In this document: piece after piece, positions 14,176 through 27,869 of the stretch
Position numbering within the stretch: the first letter of the stretch is position 1
How the letters are laid out: every line of letters begins with the position of its first letter
NCBI GenBank assembly: GCA_951406725.2
Contig: OX597829.1
Span: forward strand, 33,294,001-33,358,000
DNA from: Octopus vulgaris
Taxonomy: Eukaryota
DNA length: 64,000 nucleotides
Reading direction: 5' to 3'
The notes under the pieces: generated by a model
Told to the model about the DNA's origin: nothing
Databases searched by the model: none
The model's input: only the letters and a program-made list of their open reading frames with translations
Made by a program: the position numbers and the translations under genes

Positions 14176-14919
14176 TACATACATACACACACACAACGTA
14201 GCAGAGAATTATTTATTTGCTTAAACGCTGCTGGCTCACTCCCTTAGCGACTTGGAGTTTCGCACAATGCATCCAAGATAGGCATTATTGGAGGAAATAT
14301 GTGTTCCGATAAAGTCTGAATGAAAACGCATTGATACCAAAACTCTGAGTAGCGATCAAAGAAATGATTTGAGTCATCAACATTATACAAATGTGTGTGT
14401 GTGTATTTTTACGTACTTGCATATATATATATATTCAATTGCAGCCATACTGAGATTTTTCAGGGTTTAATTAATACGAAGCCCATTATGGTTTTCAGTC
14501 TGGTATTTATTTATTAATACTTATTTGGTCGAACCAGTAAACTACGGGACAAAAAAAGACACAACATAAGCACGACCAGCACCGGTTTGCGAGCGTGCGT
14601 GTATGGATGGATGACAATGAACAAAAATATGGTTATGCATACTTTCTGTTTATAAAATTCAACTTTTAAGGAATTCCTCAACACGATGGTAATATTGAAT
14701 GACACACAAAATGCCGAGCAGTGGGATCGAATCTAGATTCACGTGTTTGTGAAGCAAACTTCATTATTACAAGACCAATATATAATACATACATACGTAC
14801 CTATATATATATATATATATATATATATAGATATATATATGTTATATATCTCAATATAAGTGTATAAATAATGTAATATATATATAAGACTCTCTCTTTA
14901 CATGAATGTGTATGTATGT

Positions 14920-14922
<3 letters not shown>

Positions 14923-15007
<85 letters not shown>

Positions 15008-15022
15008 GAGAAAGAGAGAGAT
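14923..15022. repeat. (TA)n(GA)n compound microsatellite
   Basis: Direct reading. Confidence 0.95.
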
Positions 15023-15473
15023 AAATATGTATATACGAACTATAATGTAATTATATATATATATATAGATATATAGTACATAGTACCTGCTATAAATACA
15101 CTGGCGGTGGGTGGTGGTCCTATCTCGTCCGATCCGATAGTTTTGACAATTTTAAAGCAAAATAAATAAGTGCTTTGTGACTAATGTATAGACACATAAA
15201 TGTCTGACTTCATGCTTAGGTATGAAACAACAACTAGTGTGTGACACAGTTGAACTTGTCACATATAGGACGAGGTGGTTGAACTAGATAAAATAAACCC
15301 AGCGAATGAATAGACAAGAAGGGGGTCCTTTGCGTGGGCCTCTTCAAGATAAGAAGTTGCAGCCAAATCGCCCTCATTACACTTTACAGTAAGAAAAAAC
15401 CCCAAACTCACCCAAAACAAAACAAATGTGAAGGCCACATAGAGTAAAGTAGTCCTAGATACAATATATGTAT

Positions 15474-15511
<38 letters not shown>

Positions 15512-15665
15512 TACGCACATACATATGTATGCATAGTAATATACAGGCTTATATGTGTGTGTATGTGTGTGTACATATACATACGCGCACATGTCTATAT
15601 CTGTAAGAAAAACGGATTTCTTGTGTGTATATACATATAAGATCGTTTGTAAACCGGCCTATGTG

Positions 15666-15711
<46 letters not shown>

Positions 15712-16563
15712 CACTCACACACACTAGGTGTGGGAACCGGGGAGGGTGCCTCTACATAAGCTCGAGAAATGCAAAGCATAATAGCCAAATCTTTCTGTAA
15801 TCACACTCAATACATAATGAACTACATTTGAAAATGAATAAATATAAGAAAACAAATGGGATGATCACGACTGTGACCCTCTTTTGATTCTAGCTCTGTT
15901 GGAGCAGGTGTAGCCTGGAGTTACACAACGACAACCAACGAGCTTGTTTGAATGTGTATGTCACTTGTTTGGCCTATGTACCGTTGTAAATTAGTCATTA
16001 GATGCTTGTTCAATTTCGGAAGAAACATTATTCAGAGTTCAAATAAACCAGCATTAAGAAGTTTTTGCCATGAAATGTGAGGCAGGGTACACAATAGAAT
16101 ATATTCTCATAGTTTAAATATTTCAGTGCCAAAGCAGTTTAGTTTACTTTCACAATATTGGGCTTTAAACTACTTAATCTGTTATAGTTCAACTCCACGT
16201 CAGTTGTGAATAAGTAGACCTTATGTTCAAAGTCATTCCACCCGCGACCATCCGTCTTTTAATGCACTAGGGACTACACGGTGTCCGTTCTTATAGAAAA
16301 CAGTAACGATTTATTACATATTGAAGGGTAGTGAATTTCAATAAGCAAAATGAGTGTATGTGTTAAGAAACAACGTTCCCCCAAACACTTAATACATCAT
16401 AGTTCTTGCAAAAAGAACTGTTGAAAGTAATGAGGTATTAAAGATTATGAACATCAACCCCAGAATATAACGGATGTTTGATTTATCGACTAATCGGTGA
16501 AAATTTAGTTATTAAATAGAAAATTAGTTGATAGTCATGAAATTAAACCTATCATTTGAATTA

Positions 16564-16619
<56 letters not shown>

Positions 16620-17514
16620 GGGTTAACTGGATTTGGGGGAGAAAAACTAGGCGTTGAAACTGTAACTTAGTAGTAGTAATTGTAATGGTTTGATGACAGG
16701 TTGGCATGTATGTCGACCATATAAAGTTTGGCTCTTATGGAGCCGCAGCTTTTATATAGTTTGCCAAAGATAGAACTAGACGTGCAACCCACCAAGGAAA
16801 TCTCTAGTTTGCGGGGTCACATAACATGCTAGAAATAACTCAACCTTTCACTACAAAGATGTTAAATAATGCGATCCAAAGGACTAAAATTTAATAAATA
16901 TGTGTGTGTGTGTGTGTAATACTATATATGAGTCACTCAAGTCGCTAGAAATAGCGAGGGAATCTCCCTCCAAATCACACTGTCTTAAAATATGAAGGGC
17001 ACATTGGGCACCGTAATACACACACAAGCTAGAGAGCGACGGGGGCTCTAAACGGTCGCTCAGTTTGCTGAAAATAGTAGACAAATTTCTCTAAAAACCA
17101 CCACTACCCATTTTCATGCAGAAAGACATTAGAAAGATCAAATGAATAAAAGACAGTATAGTCACGGCTGGAACGCCCTTGATCGTAAGTCTGCTCGCTC
17201 AGAGCCTGAAATGGAACTAAACAACGAGATAAACTATATACAAAGTTATATTCTATTATACACTAGATATTGTATAGTCATGATTCGAACGACTTAGATT
17301 ATAGTTCTATTGGATCAATGCTGACCTAGGGCTAAGTAGCAATAACTACACATAGATAAACAAACAGTCGGACAAATAAATAGAAGATGAGTGACAGAGA
17401 AAAGGAGACGAATAGGAAAGCCGACAGAGGACAGATACAGAGAGTGAGTGTGTGTGAGAGATTTGCAACTTTCGTAAGGTCTAGAAAGATAAATGATCAA
17501 AATTGCAAACACAC

Positions 17515-17890
17515 CTCTTCGATAAACGATGTTTGATTGTCCCGTTGGTATGCCGACAGGGGTTTAAGAACAAAGACTTTTTCCGCGTGTACATGTGTTT
17601 TCCGTCTATGAATATATTTGTCGTGGATCCAAACTAGTCAAGTCGAGCCAAGACAAGCCAGCCAAGCTAGACAAGCTAGCCAAGCTAAGCTAAGCCAAGT
17701 TAAAAGCTAATCAAGCCAAACAAAGCTAGACAAGCTCTAATCTAAGCCAAGCTAGTTAAGCAAGCAAGCTAGTCAAAGCAAAGCCAAACGAAGCTTAGTT
17801 GAATCCAGCCAAGTCAGTAAAAGTCATAGCTTTACAGAGCCGAGAAACCATGATAAAAGAGAACAAAGTTCGAAGCCATGTCGGTTTACA
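17515..17890 (-). other. Candidate non-coding first exon of SH3RF
   Basis: CpG-rich unique sequence next to promoter motifs; candidate donor GAG|GTGTGT at 17515/17514. Confidence 0.4.
17632..17830. repeat. Degenerate ~5-bp repeat (AAGCC/AAGCT/TAGAC)
   Basis: Direct reading: agccaagctagacaagctagccaagctaagctaagccaag... Confidence 0.9.
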
Positions 17891-17960
17891 CCGGAAGTTG
17901 TTGTAAGAGGCGTGGGGCGAGCGCAAGGGGGAGAAATATGCTTGAAATGTAGTCACTGTA
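17880..17960. promoter_or_regulatory. Putative SH3RF core promoter
   Basis: ETS motif CCGGAAGT at 17891 and GC-box-like GGCGTGGGGCG, at the edge of a CpG-retaining domain (~13.5-18.4 kb). Confidence 0.55.
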
Positions 17961-18569
17961 CCTACTCTCTGTCTTTCTACCTATGCATATGTCCCTGTCT
18001 ACCTTCCTCACTTTCTCTCCGTCTTTCCATCTATCAACAATTATTAGTACACATGCACATCCATCCATATATCTATATATATCGAGAAACTCGAAATATC
18101 GAACGAATTGAGACGTTGGAGTTTCCATTCAATAAATTATATCACTCCACTTTCAGTATTGTGTACCGTTATTTCATACTCATGTTTACACTTACGTGAA
18201 TCTCTGTCTGTCATATATATATATATTGAGAGAGAGAGAGATGTAAGGTTGATTTACAGCGTGTATTTTTAGTAAACACATTTAGCCTTGCTGTGAGATG
18301 TAGATATTTTGGTTAAGCCACGTTTTCCACACTGGCCAGAAAAAGGATTAGTTTCAGCTTTTTTAACTGCTTCATCAGGGATCGGTTAACTTTTTTTTTT
18401 CCTGACTGCAAAGCATAGTGACATATATATTTATATTGCACATGAACTCAGACGCATCTAAATTAGCCTGCCCCAATTTGTATAGCAGTTAATCGTTGCA
18501 ACGAATTAATTACTAGAATGAAATACATTGCTTTTGTGCTGTGGTATATATATATGTATATATATATAT

Positions 18570-19870
18570 ATATTTTGCCTGGTGTGGTGACTCTAAAAGA
18601 GGTAAAGTCCAACAAGTGGATGGTGTGAAGTTGCTCATGGGAGAGATAATGAAGAGAATAGACAAAGAAGGATAAAGGAATCTGGGTGTAATGGAAGTTG
18701 GTTAATTGATGGAAAGTCAAATGAATTCTCTCAGGCATATTATGGAAGGCTGAAATTGATTTTGAAAACTAAATTGAATTGGAGGAACAAGACCCAAGCA
18801 ATAAATTCATGAGCAGTTGCTCCCTTGAAATATAGGAGTGTAACAATGGAGAACAGAAGAATTACAAACCTTGGATAAGAAAACAAGAAAACTATTAACA
18901 CAGTGCTTTCCATCCAAATGTGATGTTGTCTTGGTATGCCTTAAGGGAAAGCAAGGAGGGTTGGGATTGATAAGTTGTGAGGATTGTATTCAGACAGGGA
19001 AAACTATATTGCTTGGTATATTAAGAATGCAAAAGAATCATTACTTGTACAAGTAAAGAAGTTGAACTATTATGTACAGAAAATAGTCAGGAGAAAATGA
19101 TTAACAAAATAGAGGCAGAAACACAAAGGGAAAACAACTGAAAGATAAGAAGATGCACGGTCAGTTCTTAAGAGAGATATCAAAGGACACAGGCCCTGAT
19201 AAAAGATGGCTGTGGTTACAAAAAAGCTTCCTGAAACTTGAAATGGAAGCCTTGATGTAAACAGCACAGGAACAAGCATTAAGAACTAATTATACCTAGT
19301 AAAAATTGACTAATCAGTAGAATCAGACAAAAGCAAAATGTGCAGCAAAACTAGAGAAACAGTGTAGCATGTTTTTGGTGAATGCTGCAAATTGGCTCAG
19401 GGAGAATATCAGGAAAGTCATAGCTATCTCTCCAGAATGATCCACTGGGAACTATGTAACAAATTTGGAGAGGGAAGAGCAAGAAAATGCTATGATCATG
19501 AGCCAAAGGGTGTCATTGAAAATGTGAGAGTTAAGGTCCTTTGAGACTTCATGATCCACTGTGATCATAGAGTCAAATACTGGAAACCTGATATCAAACT
19601 GATAAACAAGAAAGAAAAGTCATGCCTTATAATAGCTCTGGTGACTGCAGAATTTTTGAAAAAGAAGTAGAAAAACTAATGTGATATGAAGCTCTGAGAA
19701 GAGAAATCAAAAAGCTGGTCCATGAAAAGAATGAATACTGTTTCAATAATTATTGATGCCAGAGGTACAGTGAGTAAAAAAAAAATTTGGAAATATTAGG
19801 AAGGAAAATGAAAACAGAATATATCTAAGCAGTATTGCTTGGCAGTGCAAGGAGTTTCTGCAAATTCTTA
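18570..19870 (+). mobile_element. Degenerate Dong/R4-type LINE, 3' part
   Basis: LDKKTRKLLT, GGLGL, QALRTNY, CCHC knuckle remnant and WKPDI-like RLE motif. Confidence 0.8.
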
Positions 19871-20446
19871 AAGATTTAAAATGAAAGTACCACCTTAATT
19901 CACAGAAAGTGAACAGGTAGTTCAGTAATAACATTTCCTGCAACAATCTGAGTATGGTAGGAATAATAATGGTAACGATGATGATTTCTTTATTAGTCAA
20001 TCAAGGCTTACATGAAGAAGAACATTTAGGATGCTATAGATGGCACAAGACGGTACAGTGTAATTTTTACTGTGTAAAAAGTCATATAAAGAAATATAAA
20101 AACAAATTCAAACAAAATAAATTTCCCAGTAAAGGACACTTGTGGGTCACACATAGAGAAAGCATACTCACAGCAGGCCCATTCACCTAAAAAAGTTAAT
20201 TAGGGCTTTGCTGAAAAGGCAAGTGTGGTCTTCAGCACTCTCAGACATGTCCACGACATGACTTCTTTCACACTGATGGAGTTTCCACCAATCGTACTGC
20301 CCAACTAGTTGAGGGCTGTGAGCACTTGAAGATATTCCAGTCCCCAAATGCTTCCTCTCAGTCTTCACTTGACCCAAGATTGCAGCTCCGTCACAGAGAT
20401 GAGATTGGGAAAACATGTCTAATAGATGGTGACCAAACCTGTTCAC

Positions 20447-21495
20447 TGTCAAGGAAGAGTTGGAGATGTCATAGCCTCAGTGAGCTTGAGTAAATGGATA
20501 GAAAAATTAAGAAAATGGTGACTGAACAAGGAACTGCACCCTAAAAGTGATATCAATAGACTGTATGTACCTAGATACAAGGGAGAAAGAGGTCTCATAG
20601 GATGCAAGATCTGTGTAGTCAATGAGAAAAACAGTCTGGCATGGTACATCAAGCAGAAGATTGAACCTTTGTTTGCTGCTGTTAGAAATAGCAACGCAAT
20701 ACTTAGTGAAAATGCGATACACCTCAAAACATTTAAGAAACATGATGAAAAATAAAGATTAGACAACTGGAAAATGAAAATGATGCATAGTCAATACCTT
20801 AGAGAAATGGAAAAGAAAGACAAGACCAAAACCTGGAGGTGGCTAAGGAAAAGTGATCTGAAAGGATGCACTGAAGCATTGATATGCAGTGCCGAGAAAC
20901 AAGCTCTGAGAACTAATTACACCAAGTTCCAAAGAGCAGTGAATTGTCCCTTTGTAGAATGTGTGGCAGCAAAAATGAAACAATCCCACATATTGTGACT
21001 GAGTGTTGCAAATTGGTCCAAAAGAAATACAAAAGGAGGCATAATAAGGTAGTCAAGTTTGTTCACTGGAGATTGTGTTTGAAGTACGGTTTTGAAAGGA
21101 CACAAAAATGGTATGAACATGAAACAGAAGGTGTCACTGAGAATAATGAGTATAAGCTCTTATGGGATTTTACAATCCAGTGTAACTCAGTGATTGAAAC
21201 TTGGAGACCAGACATTATTGTAGTGGATAAAAAGAGGAAAACCAAGATCTTAGATTACCTGGGGATGCATGAGCAGGTGACGAAGAGCTGGAATAGATTG
21301 AAAAGTAGAAACTACTAAAAGATGAAATTACACAAATGTGAGCAATGAAAAAAGTGACTGTCATCCCTGTAGTTGGAGGGGCGTTGGGAGTATTAACAAC
21401 CAGATTTGAGAAATTTGTTGGAGAAATTGGGATTGATAAGTGAGTAGAACATGCTCAGAAAATTGCTCCACCGGGGACAATGAGGATTTAGTTAA
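20447..21495 (+). mobile_element. Dong/R4-type LINE C-terminal region (CCHC plus RLE)
   Basis: TWRWLRKSDLKGCTEALICSAEKQALRTN, CRMCGSKNETIPHIVTEC, RRHNKV, LWDFTIQ, RPDIIVVDK. Confidence 0.9.
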
Positions 21496-21499
21496 GATT

Positions 21500-23822
21500 G
21501 AATCATTTGTTTAACAAGGAGACTTCAAAGCACATATTGGTACAAATCACCAGGAAGGAGTGATTGGTAAGAATGGCAATCCTATACTCAGTGTGAATGG
21601 AAAGCCTTACTAGAGTTCTATATTGGAAATGGACTCTCTATTATGAACATTTTTTCAGCACAAGGATATCCATAAATATACCTGGTTTAGGGATAGATTT
21701 TATCATTTCTGACCTCTTTGATTTTATGCTGGACATTTGTATAAAGAGAGAAGTGAAGCCAAGAACTGATCATCATCACCTAGATGTCTCTGACCTGATA
21801 CAATCTACAGCAGTGATAACTTGACTTACAGAATAAAATGGAAAGCCCTGATAGATGATAGAATCAGAATCATATGCTGATACTATTTCATCAATATTCA
21901 AAGAGCTTGAACAAACTAAATATGTTGAAAGCAATTGTTTTGCCCAACAGTTTCTTCTTTGGCTGCACAATGCTGTGGATGAAAGCAATTCAATGTAGTA
22001 CTAGATGGTCAAAGAACACCTTAGTTTTACCAGGAAGCAAAGAAGGGGGCTTACATAGGTCAGCTTGAAAACAAGGCTCCGCTTTTGTGTGTGAAAAGTT
22101 GCAACAAAGACAGTAAAAATGTCCAAAGCCAAGTCATTGGAGGATTTTGAGACTCTGACTTTAGATTGGCCAGTAAAGTATTCTGGCAGACAATCCACTG
22201 AATTCATAACAATAGACCCTTTTCCACACCTGCCATTCTGGAATTCTTCTCTCTATAGATAAGAGCGTTCTTGGGAGGTGGAGAGAATACTTTGCTGATC
22301 TCCTAAATCCAATCATGATAAGATTTTCTTATGGACATGAGGTGAAAATTAACTTCACAAGGACTGAGGTCATCGAGGCAATTAAAGCACTTAAATGTGG
22401 CAATGCCACTGGAGAGAATGGAATTCAGCTTGAAAGTAAAAAAGCCTTACATAAAGAAGGTATTGTTTAGTTAACTTGTGTAAGCCAGGTGGTTTGGATC
22501 TCTAGAAAAACACAAATTTGTGAAAAGGGAGACGAGAAAAAGTGTTCTAATTATAGAGGAATCTCCTTCTTGAGCCACTCTTGTAAAGCCAAGTGTCTGG
22601 GAAAGAGATGTAGGGAAATTGTTAAGCCCAAGATAACTGAAGAACAGTATGGCTTCTATTCTGGATGCAACACAACCTACCAGATACTCACTATATGGCA
22701 GGGCTTCAAGAAATTATTGGAATATGGCCAGGATTTGTATACTTGCTTCATATACCTTGAAGAGATATATGATAATATGCAGTGGTGCATGCTGTGGAGC
22801 ATTTTGCAGTAGTTTAGGATTAATGGGCAACTTCTGCTTGCCATGAAGTCTCTATATATGAATGCCCAGATGTCTGTGTTGAGTAAATGATACCAAAACT
22901 TTCAATGTGGTCGTTGGACTTTGGTAGGGGTGTATATTGTCACCTCTCCTTTTCATAATTTTTATGAATTGGATTGACATGCACAGTTGTGTTATGGAAG
23001 TAGAATCACAATAAGTGGATGTAAGATTGGTCAGCTGATATTTGCAGATGCTATGACACTAGTTGGATCATCAGAAGGCAATCTTCAGCATGTACTGAAT
23101 GGGTTCACGGCTAAATGCTGCAACACAGGGATGATAAGAATTAAGTATTGTGAAGATGGAGATATTGGTCCACTCAAAATCTTCCCAGTGCATTCTAGAT
23201 ATTGGTAGAACATTACCGAGGTAAGTGGAGAAGATAAAGTATCTCAAGGCCATATTCAAAAGTAATGGGAAGCAGAAGCTGAAGTGGATGCTAGGGTTGC
23301 TGGTGCTTCAACATTTAGTCCTCAGAAGAGAAGAGGATAGTAAAAAAAAATCCAGCCAAATTTGCTATCTCCTAGTTTGGTTTCTGTGCCTGTCCTTCCC
23401 AATGGTCATGAATAATGACTGAAAGAGTATGGAGTATGATTGTGAATACCAGCAACTGAAATGAGATTCCCCTGGAATATCTCTGGAGTAAAGTTACCTG
23501 ACAAGGTGCATAGCTTGGTGATCAGGAAGTCTCTCCAGATTGAGCCACTACTTCTCTGTGTTGAGAGGTCACAGCTCTGGTACTGCAGCTCTATGATTAG
23601 AACATCACAGAAAAGAACCACAAGACAGATTCTTCAAGATGAGTCAACTGGTAGAAGACCAAGGTATAGATCAAGAATAGAACTTTTTGAATGATATCCA
23701 TAGTCTCGGTCCAGGAAGTCTATTGACAGTTGCTTCTGATAGGTCTCTATGGAGGAGGTGCCTGAGGACTACTCCCATGATCCTCCCAGGAATGGTAGTC
23801 TGAGATGGATCAATGAATAGAT
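21500..23822 (+). mobile_element. RTE-clade LINE, degenerate (end of APE, RT, 3' end)
   Basis: KGDEKKCSNYRGISFLSH, EEQYGF, QLIFADA (FADD), IRKSLQIEPLLLCVERSQL; GATGGAT tail. Confidence 0.88.
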
Positions 23823-25228
23823 GGACACACACACACATGCACACACAGCAGGCACATGCCATCAGTAATTACTCCGGGTAGGCAGTTGGTGGCCTTTATG
23901 TAGTAAACCACACAAAAAATACACAAAACACAGGCACACGAATGAGCTGAAGGCAGATTTACTTCTACCTTTATAGCCCGTAAAGAAAATGGTGTTGTAG
24001 GACTGTAAGCAGTACTATGCATAGCTTAAATACTGAAACCTAAAAGCAGGAGTGAATTATGCCTACCTAATCTACAAAAATATAAGATATTTTGCCTTTT
24101 ATGCATAGTAATCAGAGTAACCGTCATACTTTTCTTGAATTAGGTGCATATTTTGCCATAAAAGGAAAATGTTGCTATTGATCTATTTTATTCAAGGTAG
24201 GCACTACCTACCTTGCCTACCTAGGTGGCACATCCCTGATATATAGGATGTTACTCAGGCATTCAACTATGATTCCACTGCATCTTATAGCAGAAATAGC
24301 TGTAAGTTGATGAAGGTCATAGCATAACAATTGTTCTTCCTGTGACATCTCTCTTTCTAATTACTGCTCTATATTCATCTAGCACTTTGTTCTGAAACAT
24401 ATGTATATTGAATTCTACACCAGGTTATTAGTCACACAATGCCAAAGCGAAATATTTATATATAATACTGGTCATCCTTTTTGCCAGAAGAAGATCCACT
24501 ATGGTCTTATATGCTACACCACTGGTTTTCAATTCATATTAATCAAATTAATATTCAATTTTTCACCCTTATTATGTGTGTGTGTATTAGCAATTCGTAT
24601 AAAATTGCATCAATGACTTGAACTTGAATAAGTGGTTCCACATAAATGGGGATACATTAAAAAGGTTTGTTGTTATTATTATTACTGTTTGACTATTGTA
24701 ATCACATTTGTTGGTTCCTCGTCAGGGAAACGTTGTTGTGTTGCATTTGTTAAATAATTGTAAACTGTAACCCTCTCCCTTTCGGAGAAGGGGCTTTGGT
24801 TATTGTTTTAAAATTGAATTGTGTCCCTGTTTGGGGAAATTGACAATATTTTCACCGTCTTTACGGAAGCATTTTTGTTAAAATGCCTTCAATAGAAGAA
24901 AGTCCAAAAATGAATTTCGCTGCAGCCGTACACTTCTATACAAGAGGGAGGACAAAATCCAATTGATCGAAATTGCAAGAGATGGGCCTACAATTTCAGT
25001 CTGTTATATATTTTGAGTATTGTTATCATTAGCGATATCAAGATATAACTTTCTATTTTGTATTTTATGTGTAGATGTATATATATATATATAGATGTAC
25101 ATGTAATATGTACACACATATATATATATATATACACATATATACATGCATAATATATCTACCCATACACACACACGTACACACACACACACACATACAT
25201 AGGGGCAGGTGTGGCTGTGTGGTAACAA

Positions 25229-26550
25229 ACTACGTTCGAAGATACTGGACTTGATATGGGCAGTAGTGCCTTGCCGGTCTATGGCCTACCTTCAACAAAC
25301 CGGGAAGGCACAAACACTCTGTCTTCACATTTGCTGCGTGAGACATGTTTTAATGTTGATGAGCTTACCGAGTACATAGCCGACAATGAGCCAAAGCTCC
25401 TTCCAGAACAGAAGTTCGCTTACAACTCCATTGTTAATTCAGTCCAGGCCAAAGCTGGGGTTTTTTTTTTTCCTGGACGCTCCTGGGGGCACTGGGAAAA
25501 CTTTTCTCAACAAATTAATATTGGCTGAGATTAGGCGAACACAAGGCATTGCCCTAGCTGTGGCATCATCTGGAATTGCGGCTACTTTGTTGCCAGGCGG
25601 CAGGACAGCTCACTCCACTTTCAAGCTCCCGCTTGACTTAGCGAACACTGAGACACCAACTTGCAACATCAGTAACAGCTCCGATCAGGCAGAAGTCTTC
25701 AGACGATGCAAGCTTATCGTCTGGGATGAATGCACGATGGCCCACAGACGTGCTCTTGAGGCACTAGATAGATCTCTCAGAGACATCAAACACTCTTCAG
25801 CTCCCATGGGAGGCATAACACTTCTTCTTTCAGGGGACTTCCGACAAACACTTCCCATTATTCCCAAAGGGACTAGAACTGATGCAGTAAGTGCGTGTCT
25901 TAAGTCATCCACATTGTGGCCACTGGTGAAGACTCTCAAACTTCACACCAATATGCGTGCTCATATGCGACGTAATATCACATCAGCAGCATTTTCTCAC
26001 ACCCTCCTTGCACTTGGCAAAGGCAAAATACCAGGGGATGAAAATGGTAATATTGCCATCGATTCCATTTGTACCATTGTTAAAACGCCTTCTGATCTCA
26101 GAGATGCAGTGTTCCCAGATCTACAAGCTAATTATCAGAATATGGATTGGATTGGCCAAAGAGCTATTCTGGTCCCGAGGAATAAAACTGTTTACCATAT
26201 TAATGATGAAATGCTAAAACTCATTCCTGGGGATGTCTATGTATATAAGTCTATCGATACAACTCCTGACCCAGAGGACGTCATCAACTATCCAATAGAG
26301 GTACTCAATTCCTTTGAGCCCCCCGGACTACCACCACACATTCTCAAACTTAAAGTTGGTGCCCCTATAATGCTCATTAGAAATTTGGTTCCCCCAAAGC
26401 AATGCAATGACACACGTTTGATCGTTAAGTCCTTATCTCCCACCGTAAACTTATATCAATATTTGCCCGAATAATCATCATAATTCAGTGCAATCATTAA
26501 CAGTACTTTCAAGCAATTCAGCCCCGAGCATCGCCGGGCAATTCTGCTAG
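25229..26550 (+). mobile_element. Helitron fragment: PIF1-like helicase plus canonical 3' end
   Basis: LDAPGGTGKTF, AVASSGIAATLLPGGRTAHS, IVWDECTM, LSGDFRQTLP, LKVGAPIMLIRN; hairpin CCCGAGCATCGCCGGG (26523-26538), then CTAG|T at 26547-26550. Confidence 0.92.
25386..26474 (+). pseudogene. Truncated Helitron PIF1 helicase ORF
   Basis: Frameshift at the T run 25461-25472; helicase breaks off after CNDTRLIV; no Rep domain. Confidence 0.85.
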
Positions 26551-26564
26551 TATAAATATAATTG

Positions 26565-26865
26565 GAACCAAAATCAAATTTGATGACTGGCATCCGTGCA
26601 AGTGGAGCACTAAGAGCACCATCTGAGCGTAATTGTTGCCAGAGCAGCTAACCGGCGTTTGTGCCGGTGGCACGTAAAAAGCAGCATTTGAGTGTGATCG
26701 TTACTGGTACTTGTGCCGGTGTGCAGGTGACACATTAAAAAGAAAAAACACGATTTCAAGATTGGAGCCTGGCGCAGCTATCTGGTTCACCAGTCTTCAG
26801 TCCAATTGTCCAACCCATGCTAGCATGGAAAGCGGGCGTTAAACAACGATGACGATGATGATGAT
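26565..26865 (+). mobile_element. LINE 3'-end fragment with (GAT)n tail
   Basis: GTGCCGGTGGCACGTAAAAAGC and CCAACCCATGCTAGCATGGAAAGCGGGCGTTAAAC..GATGAT. Confidence 0.7.
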
Positions 26866-27336
26866 AAAATTACGGATGCAAAAGTAAAAAAATGTGGTAG
26901 ACCGAACTGTGTAACATATCCAAACCTGCTAGAAGGATCAGAATTCCTCTTCAAAGAGGGACAGAAATTCACGATCAAATCTAATTTTACTTGTGCCTCT
27001 GAAAACATAATTTATGTCATAAAATGCTCGGGCTGCCACCAAAACTACGTGGGGTCCACGGGACTATCACTCAGACGTAGATGCAAACTGCATCGACAAC
27101 AGATTGCATTCCCAGAATACAGAATGATACCCTTTAGTGAGCACATTGAGAAATGCGCAAAGCAACTACTACCACAATTTTTAATCTTTTCATTTTATCA
27201 ATGTGCTATCGGAACACCAACACAAATTAGACTAAACAAGGAAACATTCTTCATTGAAAAATACAAGCCCAAACTTAACCATTCCAACATTCTTATACAG
27301 AGAAACTCACTCCAAAAAAAAGGCAAGAAATATTAA
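26866..27336 (+). mobile_element. Penelope-like element GIY-YIG endonuclease domain, 5'-truncated and stop-free
   Basis: KKCGRPNCVTYP..FTCASENIIYVIKCSGCHQNYVGSTG.SLRRR..H..RLNKETFFIEKYKPKLN. Confidence 0.88.
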
Positions 27337-27592
27337 GCGATTATCTCCCTTGCACCGGAAGAAATCACTTATTACCTCCCCTTATCTGGAACTCTCCTTC
27401 ACTCTCCTTCACACTTCTCAACGTAAACATAATGATGTAAGAAATTTGAAAAGCTGAACGCGAAACCGGTCATTTCTTCAAAAACTATGTCATTGTATGA
27501 AAAAAATTTATAACATTCTTCAGACATAATGACTCAAATATATATTTTTTAACCTTTTAAAACAAGCCTTCTGTAGTTTTTTCACCTTTTAC

Positions 27593-27666
<74 letters not shown>

Positions 27667-27869
27667 AATAATATATGCATATGTGGGTACAGGATGTCAA
27701 AAACACATGAACAAAATGAAAGTGAGAACATAAAAAACCAAAAACATGGAGAACAAACTTTTGCTTTTGAACAACGAAAGAAACAAATAGAGAAACAAGA
27801 CAGGCAACATAAGGAACAACCCCTTCATCAATTGTCCCCTGTTTTATCTACTCTGTGTTTTACATGTTT

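Noticed and set aside
25386-26474. Cellular PIF1 helicase gene
   Set aside because: Intronless, truncated, frameshifted and followed by a Helitron hairpin and CTAG
26866-27336. Host or homing GIY-YIG nuclease forming a system with the helicase
   Set aside because: No start codon or splice acceptor; the Cys linker and LN end are Penelope-type; a LINE fragment separates the two
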